Shown one piece after another: positions 9,087-19,182 of a DNA stretch of 64,000 bases; the first letter of the stretch is position 1, and each line of letters begins with the position of its first letter. Both the position numbers and the translations under genes were made by a program. The DNA is taken from assembly GCA_963843145.1 (NCBI GenBank), contig CAWJJC010000010.1, positions 128,001-192,000 of the forward strand, written 5' to 3'. The notes below the pieces were generated by a model. It was not told the origin of the DNA, did no database searches, and saw nothing but the letters and a program-made list of their open reading frames with translations. Source of the DNA: an uncultured delta proteobacterium. GTDB lineage: Bacteria; Desulfobacterota; RBG-13-43-22.

Positions 9087-10241
9087 ATGGACTATGAGAT
9101 CCCGGAAAGCCTGCGCCTGATGCGGGAGACGATCCGCCGCTTCGTGAATCAGGACCTGGAGCCCCTTTCCCAACAAGTGGAGGACGAGGATCATATCCCG
9201 GAGGAGATCGTCCAAAAAATGCGGGAATTGGGGCTGTTCGGCCTTTCCATCCCGGAGGAATACGGGGGATTGGATCTGGGGACCTTCGGCGAATGTCTGG
9301 TCTATGAAGAATTGACCAAAACCAATGCGGCCTTCCGTTCCCGTATCGGCACCAGCAACGGGATCGGCTCCATGGGGATCCTCCTGGACGGCACCGAGGA
9401 GCAGAAACAGAAATACCTTCCCCGGATTGCCAGTGGGGAATGGACCGCCTGTTTGGCCCTGTCGGAACCGGAAGCGGGGTCGGATGCCGGGAACATCCAG
9501 ACCACAGCCGAGCGACAGGGAGAGACCTTTGTGATCAACGGCCTCAAGCACTTCATCACCAACGGCGACGTAGCCGACGTCGCCACTGTCCTGGCCGTGA
9601 CCGACAAGCAAAAACGAACCCGCGGCGGGATCACGGCTTTCGTGATTGAAAAGGGGACTCCGGGCTTTTCGGTAGGAACTATCGAACGGAAGATGGGGCT
9701 CCGGGGCAGCCACACCTGCGAACTGATCTTTGATGATTGCCGCGTCCCGGTCGAGCAGGTGATCGGTGGGGAAGCGATGATCGGCCAGGGGTTTAAGACC
9801 GCCATGCGGGTGCTCGACAAAGGCCGCCTGACCATGGGGGCCTGCGCCCTCGGCGGGGCCCAGAAGCTCCTGGATTTATCCGTGGCCTATGCCCGGCAGC
9901 GGGTTCAATTCGGCAAACCCATCGCCCAATTCCAGTCCGTTCAGAACATGCTGGCCGATATGGCCACCGAGATCTATGCCGCCCGGCAGATGCTCTACCA
10001 CGCCGCTTCCCTGCGGGACCAGGGCCGGACGGTGATCAAGGAAGCCTCCATGGTCAAACTCTTTTGCACGGAGATGGCCTGCCGGGTGGCCGATCGGGCC
10101 GTCCAGATTTTCGGCGGCATGGGCTACATGAAGGATTTCCCGGTAGAGCGGTTTTACCGGGACCTCCGCCTGTACCGGATTTACGAAGGGACCAGCGAGA
10201 TCCAGCGGATGGTCATCGCCCGGGAGCTGACCAAAGAATAG
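9087..10241 (+). CDS. Acyl-CoA dehydrogenase (short-chain type)
   Basis: RBS AAGGAG before ATG 9087; LSEPEAGSD, KMGLRGS, QFGKPI, GGMGY, IYEGTSEIQ. Confidence 0.93.
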   Translation: MDYEIPESLRLMRETIRRFVNQDLEPLSQQVEDEDHIPEEIVQKMRELGLFGLSIPEEYGGLDLGTFGECLVYEELTKTNAAFRSRIGTSNGIGSMGILLDGTEEQKQKYLPRIASGEWTACLALSEPEAGSDAGNIQTTAERQGETFVINGLKHFITNGDVADVATVLAVTDKQKRTRGGITAFVIEKGTPGFSVGTIERKMGLRGSHTCELIFDDCRVPVEQVIGGEAMIGQGFKTAMRVLDKGRLTMGACALGGAQKLLDLSVAYARQRVQFGKPIAQFQSVQNMLADMATEIYAARQMLYHAASLRDQGRTVIKEASMVKLFCTEMACRVADRAVQIFGGMGYMKDFPVERFYRDLRLYRIYEGTSEIQRMVIARELTKE

Positions 10242-10412
10242 CGGGCTTCCCCATTTTATTTACCAAGCGCCAGGAGGTTCGGACAAGATATCCCAACCAT
10301 CAAAAGGCTTTCTTCTTGACCCTTTTGCAGACCCTATTTATGATGGCAGTCTCTGAACCAGACCAACCTGGAAAAACTAAAAAAGCCTGAAAATGGGCGG
10401 GGGAGAATATTT

Positions 10413-10670
10413 ATGGCGGATAAAACGGCTCCGGCCGGTTCCCAGGGAAAGGGTACAGACCAACAATTTTTGGTTTTCCAACCCTATCCCCTGCTGGTCG
10501 GACAAAAGATATTTATTGAAAGCGGCCCCCGCCGGGGGGACTGGGAAGTGATAGGCCTGAGTGACCGCAAGGTCAGGCTGCGCTGTCCTTTTTCCGGCCG
10601 GGAGATAGAATGGGAACGTTTTTGTTATCTGGTCGAGGAGCGCCAAGGCCTTTGGCCCCATCCGGATTAA
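10413..10670 (+). CDS. Small hypothetical protein (85 aa)
   Basis: GGAG RBS, ATG start, plausible composition; no motif recognised. Confidence 0.6.
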   Translation: MADKTAPAGSQGKGTDQQFLVFQPYPLLVGQKIFIESGPRRGDWEVIGLSDRKVRLRCPFSGREIEWERFCYLVEERQGLWPHPD

Positions 10671-10865
10671 CCAGGATTTTTAATCTTCCGGAGGGGAATT
10701 TCGACATCAGACGGCTACTTGTGCTTCCGCCACAAAAGCCTCCAGGAGTTGATTCAATTTCGAAGCTCCAATGCTATGAGTTTGCTTTTGGCATAAATAA
10801 ATTCGAGGGCATCCCTTGCCTTCCCATCGATTATTTGACTATACTTTTACCTGTTCCATTATCCA

Positions 10866-11267
10866 TCAAACACCCGCATTACCTTGTACCTTCAAGGAAG
10901 GTACTGAATCCCACGTCTTTCCCTGCAAGAGACGGCCATTATGTTTTTTTGCCCGCTTCTTACCGTCAGCTCCCCAGCCTCCCCACTGTTTGAAGAAAAA
11001 GGCGGACCGTTGCCCGTCGCATTGGCGCTTGACGTTCAGCACCCACTCCTGGCGCATCGGCCGGGCCTTGGGTCCGGACTCACCGCCGACGATGACCCAG
11101 TGGATTCCGTGCAGGTTCAGGACGCCCAGGTCCTCTAGTAACGGCTCAACCGAGGTAAAGCGGATATGGGCCGGCACCCGGCGAAGACAGTCAAGCCGGG
11201 GGAGCCCGTATTTGCGATCCTCCACGGTTACCCCCAGCCAGGCGTTGCGTACGGTATGGGGTCGCAT
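10866..11267 (-). pseudogene. Phage Gp37/Gp68 (DUF5131) family, C-terminal half only
   Basis: WLGVTVE, SVEPLL, WVIVGGESG-x2-ARPM, FFFKQWGG; the N-terminal Cys-rich region is absent. Confidence 0.8.
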
Positions 11268-11399
11268 CTTTATCTTTTACGATTAAGTACTATCAGACCA
11301 CCACCAACTGATTTGATGCTGCCTTGGAATTTATCCGACTTTGGGCCTGGACGCGATGAATAACCCAGCGGAGAATTTTTCCTAAAGGCTATAACAAAC

Positions 11400-11582
11400 T
11401 CAAGCGACCCTATCACGTTTTCCAGGATAAATCGGTTTTGGTGGCCGGCTGACCAGTCGACCGGAGCAGCCATCCTGAATTTTTATTAAACGTTGAAAAT
11501 AGGAATCGGGAGCATCTTGAGATTCCTTGTCCATCCGCCTTCGGATTTCGCGCACCTTTTTGACAATCGGGTCTTTTTTCAT
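11400..11582 (-). CDS. Small hypothetical protein (DPIVxxVRxxR type, typical of TA neighbourhoods)
   Basis: MKKDPIVKKVREIRRR start; lies within the TA patch. Confidence 0.5.
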   Translation of the reverse strand: MKKDPIVKKVREIRRRMDKESQDAPDSYFQRLIKIQDGCSGRLVSRPPKPIYPGKRDRVA

Positions 11583-11606
11583 TTATGCGCTTTACAACGG
11601 TGATTT

Positions 11607-11831
11607 TCAGGATGCCTTTTTCAGACGTTCAGCCACCCACAGTTTAATGATGGATTGTCGGGGCACTCCCAGGCGTTTCGCTTCCTTATCCAATTGTCTG
11701 ATCATCCAAGCCGGAAAATCAACATTAACCCTCTTCTGTTCCAGTGTCGATCTCCGAGCCCTGGACAAATCAAGGTACTTAGAGATGTCATCTCCTTCGT
11801 CAAACTTTCTGTCGAACTCCTTAGCTTTCAT
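11607..11831 (-). CDS. CopG/BrnA-type ribbon-helix-helix antitoxin
   Basis: MKAKEFDRKFDEG...KRVNVDFPAWM...LGVPRQSIIKLWVAERL. Confidence 0.85.
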   Translation of the reverse strand: MKAKEFDRKFDEGDDISKYLDLSRARRSTLEQKRVNVDFPAWMIRQLDKEAKRLGVPRQSIIKLWVAERLKKAS

Positions 11832-11870
11832 AGATATCAATCTCTGCCATGGAGTAAAATCAAATTCCCT
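11821..11870 (-). pseudogene. Remnant of BrnT-type toxin (internal deletion)
   Basis: EFDF (BrnT-like N-end) lies directly before EIDIYES* (BrnT-like C-end overlapping the antitoxin start). Confidence 0.6.
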
Positions 11871-11933
11871 CTCCCATCCGGATTAAAAAGTTTTTGGACT
11901 TACAGTACAACTTCCTTAATGAAACGTTAATTT

Positions 11934-12293
11934 TTAGGATACGGGCTTATTGTTTTGCAGAGCTTCAAAAAACTTTTGGCAGACCGCCTCTAATGGATCG
12001 AGTTTATTCTGGACCACATCCCAAACGATGGGTAAATTGATCCCAAAATATTCATGAACCAGAATATTCCGCATTCCGGTAATTTTACGCCAATCTATCT
12101 TGCAAGTCGTTTCTTTAAAACTATCCGGTAGGCTTTTCGCTGCCTCGCCAATAATCTCCAGGTTCCGGGCTACGGCATCCTGGGTTTTTCTATCGTTGGC
12201 AAACGATTTTTCGTCTTGGCCTTCGACATAGGACCTGATTTGCTTTATCGCCTCAAGAATGTCATCGAGGTAAAGGCGATAGTCCCTAGACAT
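11934..12293 (-). CDS. HepT/DUF86 HEPN ribonuclease toxin
   Basis: DAVARNLEIIGEA and HEPN R-x4-H motif RNILVHEY. Confidence 0.9.
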   Translation of the reverse strand: MSRDYRLYLDDILEAIKQIRSYVEGQDEKSFANDRKTQDAVARNLEIIGEAAKSLPDSFKETTCKIDWRKITGMRNILVHEYFGINLPIVWDVVQNKLDPLEAVCQKFFEALQNNKPVS

Positions 12294-12573
12294 AGACCGC
12301 CTCACCGGCGATGATCGGCCGAAGACGGGGTTTCAATGAGTCAGCCAAAACCAGGTCCACAGACCTTCTAAGTTGGTCCTCCAGAAAAAATTTCAAATCC
12401 ATATAATGATCCAAAGTCGGTTGGGCCAACTCTACTAAAATATCTATATCGCTCTGGTCGTCGGCGGAACCATGCAGAAAAGAGCCAAACAATCCGATAC
12501 GCTTAACGGTGAACCGCCTCTCGATCTCACTTTTGTTTTTTTTTAAAAAATCGACAATCTTTTCACTATCCAT
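12286..12573 (-). CDS. MntA-type minimal nucleotidyltransferase antitoxin
   Basis: LFGS...SDIDILV, VDLV; overlaps the HEPN gene start. Confidence 0.9.
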   Translation of the reverse strand: MDSEKIVDFLKKNKSEIERRFTVKRIGLFGSFLHGSADDQSDIDILVELAQPTLDHYMDLKFFLEDQLRRSVDLVLADSLKPRLRPIIAGEAVYV

Positions 12574-12631
12574 TTTAATAATCCACCTCCCTGTCTCCTA
12601 AAAATTACCGCCCCAATCTATCCTAGAGGAT

Positions 12632-12669
12632 AAAAAGGCCCTTCCTCTGAGAATGAGAAAAGGGCCTTA
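12632..12669 (-). terminator. Probable intrinsic terminator after the AOR-ADH gene
   Basis: AAGGCCCTT...AAGGGCCTT stem followed by a T-run on the minus strand. Confidence 0.55.
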
Positions 12670-12786
12670 GGATTCCATTAAGTCCTCCCCGGTAAAGTTG
12701 GGCGAATAAATAGAAAAAAAAATTAATTAGATAACTTCTAATAGCACGACTTACCCTGACTGTCAATCATGGGCCTTCAAATCTGG

Positions 12787-15639
12787 TCAATCATACATCT
12801 CCTGCAGCAACTCCAGAATTTTCCGCCGGCTGGGGGTGGTGGGATCGGTGGCCATATTCACCGCGTCGCGCGAGGTGTAAAAGGCGATCTTCTCCAGGTC
12901 CCCTTGGGGAATTCCCTCGGCCTTCAGGCTGATGCGGATATCGAGCTTCTCGTAGAAGGCCAGCAGGCTTTCCAGGAGGTCGTTGGAGCGGTTCAACATC
13001 TGGGCCAGATCGGTAAAGGGGTCCTTACAGGTGTCCCGGTTGGCCCGGACAAAGCCGAGGAGGCCGTAGATGGCCGCCCGACCGTGGGGCAGATGGTAGT
13101 GGGCGCCCAGCACATGGGTAATGGCATGGCCGATCCCCAGGCCTTTCAGAAAGGCCAGGCCGCCGCAGAGGGCCGCCATGCACAGGTCGGTCCGGGCGGC
13201 GATATCCTCCCCGTCCCGATAGGCCCGGGGGAGGCTGCGCCCGATCAGTTTAACCCCGTAAACCGCCATGGACTCGAAGTAGGGGTGGTAGGGGGTGGCC
13301 AGGGAAACATAGCCCTCGACGCAGTGGGCCAGGGCGTCGATACCGGAGGCGATGGTCAGTCCGGGCGGCATAGTCCGGCAGAACAGGGGATCGATGACCG
13401 CCACCCGCGGGATCAGGTGATTGCTCATCAAAACCAGTTTCAGGTCCCGTTCCTTATCGGTAATCACCGCGCAGGGGTTGACCTCGCTTCCCGTCCCGGA
13501 AGTAGTCGGCAGGCAGAGGATCGGCGGTAGAATCGGCTTGATTTTGCCGCCTCCGCCCACAATCCCTTCAAATTCCCTCAGGTCCCCGGAGTGGGTGACC
13601 TGCAACCCGAGGGCCTTGGCCGTATCCATCGAACTGCCGCCGCCCAGGCCGAGAATGCCGTCACAGCCTGATTCGATATACAGCCGCCCGGCTCGTTCGA
13701 TGAGTTCGATGGGAGGATCGGGCTCCACCTCCGAAAAAACAACCGTTTCGATACCCCGAGGCTCAACGATCCGGCGGATCTCGTCCGCCCGCCCCAGGGA
13801 ATACATGACCGGATCGGTAACGATAAACAGTTTCCTGACCTGAAGACGCTTCAGGACTTCCCCCATTTTTCCCGCCACCCCGGCGCCGAACAGCGTTTCC
13901 GGCAGGGGCGGGATGCGGATTTCCCAGATCTTTTCTTTTTCCTGAAAGGAGTCCAGCCCGGCCCAGAAATGCGTGATCTCGGCCTCCTCCACATCGAAAA
14001 CCTGGTGGGTCGGGGCAACCGCCTCCTCGCGAATAAAGGCGGCCTCCCGGGTGTCCCCCCGGCTGAATTCGGCCTTTCCATTGAAAGCGAGCTGATCCCT
14101 AAGCGTCTGTTTGCCGATCTCCAGGACATCCGCGGGCGTCCACCGGCCCCCGTAGCGGGCGTTCAACAGATCGGCCAGGAAGGGATAGAGGGAAACCCGT
14201 CCGCCGGGAACGGCATTCAGGCAGTAGCCGAAAGCGTCACAGACGGCGGCCTGGACCTGGGCCTTGAGCGAATTCTCCGCTTGTTTCGTTCGGCTGAGGG
14301 GAATCCGGTAGGTCAGCCCGGCCGTGTGATCCGCGCCCATGGGGCTGGTGTAATAGGTGACCCCGGTTCCCTTGGTCGATCGGGGATCATGGCCGGGCAG
14401 GGCCTGCCCTTTATAGGCGGGCACCCGGCTGACGCCCAGGTATTGGGCGGTGGCCACCACCCCGTTTCCCAGGGCCCGGCCCAACGGCGTTTCCCGTTCC
14501 ATTTCTTCCAGCAGCCGCGCGGCCGAGGACCAATCGCCGAAGGTCATTTTCCCGGCCTCCGCCGCCAGGCCCAAAGCGCTGCCGGTTTCGATGGCATCGA
14601 CCCCCAGATCGTCGCAAAGGAATTTGAGCCGGGCAATGGCATCCGGATCGGTGATGCCCAGATTGCTTCCCAGCAGGGCGATAGTTTCATATTCATACGC
14701 CGAGCAGATCCGTTTCCCTTCCTGATCGGGATAGATGATGGAACAGCGGACCACGCAGCCGGGCATACAGCCGTGCATCCGGCCGCCCCGCTCAAAAAGG
14801 ATTTTCTGGATGCTGTTGCCGCTTACGGCGATAAAATCTTCGGGCCGGCCCGAACGGTAATTCAGGGTCGGCAAGGTCCCCTGGCTGGCGGAATTGGAAA
14901 CGGCGAAAGGCGTGCCGAAGCGGGAATAAAGGCTGCAACTCACATCGTGTTTGAGGGTGTTGACCCAGGATTTCACCCGCCGGCGAAAGGCCTCCGGATC
15001 GGCCGTCGCCACCGGACCGGTCTTTGCGGGATCGATGATAATGGCCTTGAGCCCCTTGGACCCCATCACGGCCCCGAGCCCTCCCCGGGCGGCATTCCGC
15101 GAGGGATCCCCGAACAGATCGGTCAAGGAGACCGAGGCCCCCCGGTATTTCCGCTCTCCCGCCGGGCCGGTAGAGATGATCGCCGTCTTTTCCCCGTGCT
15201 TTTCCCTCAGTCGCCCGGCCAGTTCGTAATTTTTAAGGCCCCGGTATTCCTCGGCCGGGATCAAGGCCGCCCGATCCCCGGAGATCGATAAGACGGTTAA
15301 GCGGCCATCCGGCGGAGCGCCGTGAACAACGATGGCGCGAATCCCCAGCCGGTCGAGGAATTGTCCGGCCGGGCCTCCGGCATTGGCCTCTTTGATCCCC
15401 AGCGTCAGGGGACTCTTGGCCCCGACGGAGATGCGCCCAAGCTGGGGCGCCCCGGTGCCGGCCAGGGGGCCGACGGCCACAATAAAGGCATTCTCGGGAC
15501 CCAGGGGATCCACCGCCGGCGGGACCTCCCGGTTCATGATCCGGGCCAACAATGCGCTGCCGCCGATGGGCAGCCAGTCCTCCCGGAGGCCCTCAAATTC
15601 AATCGTTCCCGTTTCCATGTTTAATCGCAGCAGCTTCAT
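12787..15639 (-). CDS. Fusion of aldehyde:ferredoxin oxidoreductase (AOR family, ~570 aa) and iron-containing alcohol dehydrogenase (~380 aa)
   Basis: AOR part: AKSPLT, GLGAVMGSKGLKAI, CMPGCVVRC, EYET, GADHT, DAFGYC. ADH part: GGGSSMD, PTTSGTGSE, DALAHCVE, GHAITH, PHG. Confidence 0.9.
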   Translation of the reverse strand: MKLLRLNMETGTIEFEGLREDWLPIGGSALLARIMNREVPPAVDPLGPENAFIVAVGPLAGTGAPQLGRISVGAKSPLTLGIKEANAGGPAGQFLDRLGIRAIVVHGAPPDGRLTVLSISGDRAALIPAEEYRGLKNYELAGRLREKHGEKTAIISTGPAGERKYRGASVSLTDLFGDPSRNAARGGLGAVMGSKGLKAIIIDPAKTGPVATADPEAFRRRVKSWVNTLKHDVSCSLYSRFGTPFAVSNSASQGTLPTLNYRSGRPEDFIAVSGNSIQKILFERGGRMHGCMPGCVVRCSIIYPDQEGKRICSAYEYETIALLGSNLGITDPDAIARLKFLCDDLGVDAIETGSALGLAAEAGKMTFGDWSSAARLLEEMERETPLGRALGNGVVATAQYLGVSRVPAYKGQALPGHDPRSTKGTGVTYYTSPMGADHTAGLTYRIPLSRTKQAENSLKAQVQAAVCDAFGYCLNAVPGGRVSLYPFLADLLNARYGGRWTPADVLEIGKQTLRDQLAFNGKAEFSRGDTREAAFIREEAVAPTHQVFDVEEAEITHFWAGLDSFQEKEKIWEIRIPPLPETLFGAGVAGKMGEVLKRLQVRKLFIVTDPVMYSLGRADEIRRIVEPRGIETVVFSEVEPDPPIELIERAGRLYIESGCDGILGLGGGSSMDTAKALGLQVTHSGDLREFEGIVGGGGKIKPILPPILCLPTTSGTGSEVNPCAVITDKERDLKLVLMSNHLIPRVAVIDPLFCRTMPPGLTIASGIDALAHCVEGYVSLATPYHPYFESMAVYGVKLIGRSLPRAYRDGEDIAARTDLCMAALCGGLAFLKGLGIGHAITHVLGAHYHLPHGRAAIYGLLGFVRANRDTCKDPFTDLAQMLNRSNDLLESLLAFYEKLDIRISLKAEGIPQGDLEKIAFYTSRDAVNMATDPTTPSRRKILELLQEMYD

Positions 15640-15818
15640 ATCGGCACTTCCTTTGAATAATCAAGATTTAAGGGCGCTATCCTATCATAATGCCCACCGC
15701 AAGTCCAAAGGGATGCGGCAGCAGAGGTCATAAAATTCTTAAGTTTTAGTCCTCGGCTCCGATAATCAGCTAGGGCCGTCGGCCATACTATTTAACATTT
15801 TTTGCAAGGGGGAAAATA

Positions 15819-16262
15819 ATGAAACGATTTTTCGTGGTTTTTTTGGTGTTGGGGTTGTTTGTGGGAACGGTCTATGCTGCCTCGGAAAAAGACCTGGCCG
15901 TCTCCTTAGTGGAAAAGGCGGCGGCCTTCGCTCAGGCCCAGGGCAAAGAGAAGGCCCTGGCTGAAATCAGCACGGCCAAGGGACAATTCGACAAGGGGGA
16001 AGTCTACGTGTTTGCCTATGATCTGCAGGGAGTGATCGTAGCCCACCCCAAGAATCCCAAGTTGATCGGCAAGAACCTTTTAGAGGTCCCCGACCCGGAC
16101 GGAAAATTCTTCCGTAAAGAGATCCAGGAAGTGGCCAAGACGAAGGGGACGGGCTGGGTGGATTACAAATACACCAATCCTGTAAATAAAAAAGTAGAAC
16201 ATAAGACCACCTATCTGAAGAAGGCAGGCGATCTTATTATTTGCTGCGGAGTATATCTATAG
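15819..16262 (+). CDS. Secreted stand-alone single Cache-domain protein
   Basis: Signal peptide ending VYA/AS; YVFAYD...AHP, DPDGK, GWVDY, GVY. Confidence 0.85.
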   Translation: MKRFFVVFLVLGLFVGTVYAASEKDLAVSLVEKAAAFAQAQGKEKALAEISTAKGQFDKGEVYVFAYDLQGVIVAHPKNPKLIGKNLLEVPDPDGKFFRKEIQEVAKTKGTGWVDYKYTNPVNKKVEHKTTYLKKAGDLIICCGVYL

Positions 16263-16416
16263 ATGACCTCGCAAAAAGTCCAAAAACGACTTTCTGCTCG
16301 GCGGGGAAGGGCTTCCCCTCCCCCGCCATTTGAAGTGAATTCAAATGGTCCCACCCTCACCCCAGCCCGGCGCTTAATCGCGCTCGGGCTGCTGCTGGAC
16401 TTTTTGCAAGTCCATC
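16262..16416. mobile_element. MITE-like element with GATG..CGCAAAAAGTC terminal inverted repeats
   Basis: GATGACCTCGCAAAAAGTCC...GGACTTTTTGCAAGTCCATC; flanks TCTATA/ACTATA resemble a 6-bp target duplication. Confidence 0.7.
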
Positions 16417-16681
16417 ACTATAACCTCTTAAATAACCTCGCAATAAGAAACAACTTGCGCCTGGGGGGGGGTCTGGATAAGCTTCCTGGCTTTTTCCCGC
16501 CCCTCCTTGTTTTCCAAGGTTCCAAAACGGCCAACCGCTGGACCTCCTGATCGGCCCGCTGAACGGGTATGTCCGCCGGTTTTTTCCAGCTTCTCGGCAA
16601 TCACTTATCGGTTGCAAGTTGCTCCCCCGACATGTTAATTTTTTTTATTGACACAAATCATTTGAATGGAGGGGCAGTCCC

Positions 16682-18397
16682 GTGAATTTTTTTATTCAAC
16701 CGAAGCGATACATCACTCTAATGGCCGATGAGGGCTCGCGGCTCCTTATGGAGAAAACCATTGCCTTCTTTGAAAACATGGGCAAAAGCCGGCTGCTTGA
16801 AGACTACAACCGAAAAATCTGGTACCGGGAATTTGTCGATTTCATCGGCCGGGAGCGGATTTTCGCCAAGCTGCTTACGCCCAAGGTATATGCCGATGAC
16901 GACCCGGACTGCCGCTGGGACACGGCGCGCAATAACGAGTTCAGCGAATTATTGGCTTTTTACGGCTTGGGCTATTGGTATTGCTTCCAGGTCACCATTC
17001 TGGGGCTGGGCCCCATCTGGATGAGCCCCAACGAAAAGGCCAAACAGAAAGCGGCCCGACTCCTTCGGGAAGGCGCCATCTTCGCCTTCGGCCTGTCCGA
17101 ACGGGCACATGGGGCGGATATTTACGCCACCGAAACCACCCTGACCCCCCGGGGCGACGGCACCTGGTCGGCCAACGGCGAGAAGTATTACATCGGCAAC
17201 GGCAACGAGGCGGAGATGGTTTCCACCCTCGGCAAGGTCAAAGACGGGACGGACGATTTTGTCTTCTTTGTCACCAACTACCGCCATAAGGCCTATGAGC
17301 TGAAAAAGAACGTCATCTCCCACCAGGAGTACGTCTCCAACTTCGCCCTGCACGACTATCCCGTCACCGAGGACGATATCCTTTCCCGGGGTCCCCTGGC
17401 CTGGGATTCGGCGCTGAATACGGTAAACATCGGCAAGTTTAATATCGGCCCGGCCTCCATCGGAATGGCCGAACACTGTTTCTACGAGGCCATTACCCAT
17501 GCCGCCCACCGCGTCCTTTACGGGGTTCGGGTCAGCGATATGCCTCATGTGCGTCGAAACTTCATGGACGCCTGGCTGCGGCTGACGGCCATGAAAAGCT
17601 ATCATCGCCGGGCCACCGACTACTTCCGGCAGGCCGGGGAATATGACCGGCGCTATCTGCTCTACAACCCCACCAGCAAGATGAAGGTGACCCTGCAATC
17701 CGAAGAGGTGATCAACCTGCTCTGGGAGGTGATTGCCGCCAAGGGTTTTGAAAAGGACACCTACTTCCACATGGCCGCCGCCGACGTCCGGGGCCCGTCC
17801 AAGCTCGAAGGCACCGTCCACGTAAATGTCCAGCTCATCCGCAAATTCATGAAGAACTATTTTTTCAGCCCCGCGGAATATGCCCCGGTGGGTCCCGATT
17901 TTTCCCTGAAAGACGACCTGTTCTTGTTCAATCAGGGACCGACCAAGGGTTTGGGCGCGGTCCGGTTTCATGACTACCGGCCGATATTCGAAGCCTTCCG
18001 GGATCTCCCCAACGTCGGCCGCTTCATCCGCCAGACCGAGATCTTCAGGGAGCTGCTCGAAAAGGCCGGACCGGACAAGATCCAGGATCTGGACCCCGTT
18101 TTCTCGCTCCCCCTCGGCGAGATGTTCTCCATCGTGGTCTACGGCCAGCTCATTTTGGAGCAGGCGCAGCTTGAGCACCTGGACTCGGATGTTCTCAACC
18201 AGATCTTCGATTTTATGGTGCGGGACTTCGCGCGGTTCGCTTTGCAGATCTACGGTCTGCCCGCCACCCGAGAGGAACAACGGGCCTTCTGTCAGGAGGT
18301 CATGCTGGTCCGGCCTGCCGGAGATGAGGCCCAATACCGGCGGGTCTGGGAGGGGTATGTCCTTCCCCTGAATGGAGAGTACGCCATGAATGAGTGA
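16682..18397 (+). CDS. Acyl-CoA dehydrogenase family protein
   Basis: FGLSERAHGAD, KYYIGNGN, NIGKFN, KLEGTVHVN. Confidence 0.85.
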   Translation: MNFFIQPKRYITLMADEGSRLLMEKTIAFFENMGKSRLLEDYNRKIWYREFVDFIGRERIFAKLLTPKVYADDDPDCRWDTARNNEFSELLAFYGLGYWYCFQVTILGLGPIWMSPNEKAKQKAARLLREGAIFAFGLSERAHGADIYATETTLTPRGDGTWSANGEKYYIGNGNEAEMVSTLGKVKDGTDDFVFFVTNYRHKAYELKKNVISHQEYVSNFALHDYPVTEDDILSRGPLAWDSALNTVNIGKFNIGPASIGMAEHCFYEAITHAAHRVLYGVRVSDMPHVRRNFMDAWLRLTAMKSYHRRATDYFRQAGEYDRRYLLYNPTSKMKVTLQSEEVINLLWEVIAAKGFEKDTYFHMAAADVRGPSKLEGTVHVNVQLIRKFMKNYFFSPAEYAPVGPDFSLKDDLFLFNQGPTKGLGAVRFHDYRPIFEAFRDLPNVGRFIRQTEIFRELLEKAGPDKIQDLDPVFSLPLGEMFSIVVYGQLILEQAQLEHLDSDVLNQIFDFMVRDFARFALQIYGLPATREEQRAFCQEVMLVRPAGDEAQYRRVWEGYVLPLNGEYAMNE

Positions 18398-18402
18398 CCT
18401 TC

Positions 18403-19182
18403 CTAAATCGTCTGCCCGCCGTCTACGCGGATAATCTCTCCGGTGACAAAGGAACCCGCCTCGGAGGCCAGGAAGAGGGCCAGTCCGGCGATCTCCTCGG
18501 GTTCTCCGAAGCGCCGCAGAACGATCTCTCGGAGGCGCACCGCTTTCCGGTCCGGATCGGTCCAGTTGACCCGGCTGAACTCGGTCTTGATGGAGCCCGG
18601 GGCGATGGCGTTGACCAGGATGTGGTGCGGAGCCAGCTCCCGGGCCAGGACCTGGGTCATCATGTTCAGCGCCGCTTTGCTGATACAGTAAGCCCCGGTC
18701 CCGTCGGCCCGGGCCCGTAGACCGCTGATCGAGCTGATATTGATGATCCGCCCCCCGCCTTGATCGATCATCCGGCGGGCCACGGCCTGACTCATGAGCC
18801 AGGCCCCCTTCAGATTAATCTCCAACACCTTATCCAAGCTCCGCTCCTCGAGATCCAATAGGGAACTCAGCACCGGATTCATACCGGCGTTGTTGACCAA
18901 CACATCAATTTTCCCAAATCGCTCCAGGGTTTTTTGGACCAGATTCTCCACCTCCGTCTTCTTCCCCACATGGGCCGCGATCGCCAGCCCGTTGCCCCCC
19001 AAAGCGCGGATCGCTTCGGCGGCCTGTTCCAACTCCGGCGGCTTGCGGTTGCGGCTGGAGACCACGACCTCGGCCCCCGCTTCCGCGAAAGCCAGGGCAA
19101 TGGACCGTCCGATGCCCCGGCTTCCTCCGGTCACCAGGGCCACCTTGTTCTTTAAAGAAAATAGCTTTTCAATCATCTCCAC
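18403..19182 (-). CDS. Short-chain dehydrogenase/reductase
   Basis: TGGSRGIG, NNAG, YCISK, IAPG, VDGG. Confidence 0.92.
   Translation of the reverse strand: MEMIEKLFSLKNKVALVTGGSRGIGRSIALAFAEAGAEVVVSSRNRKPPELEQAAEAIRALGGNGLAIAAHVGKKTEVENLVQKTLERFGKIDVLVNNAGMNPVLSSLLDLEERSLDKVLEINLKGAWLMSQAVARRMIDQGGGRIINISSISGLRARADGTGAYCISKAALNMMTQVLARELAPHHILVNAIAPGSIKTEFSRVNWTDPDRKAVRLREIVLRRFGEPEEIAGLALFLASEAGSFVTGEIIRVDGGQTI

Noticed and set aside
10866-12573. Prophage
   Set aside because: Only a truncated Gp37/Gp68-family gene plus TA genes; no integrase, structural or replication genes
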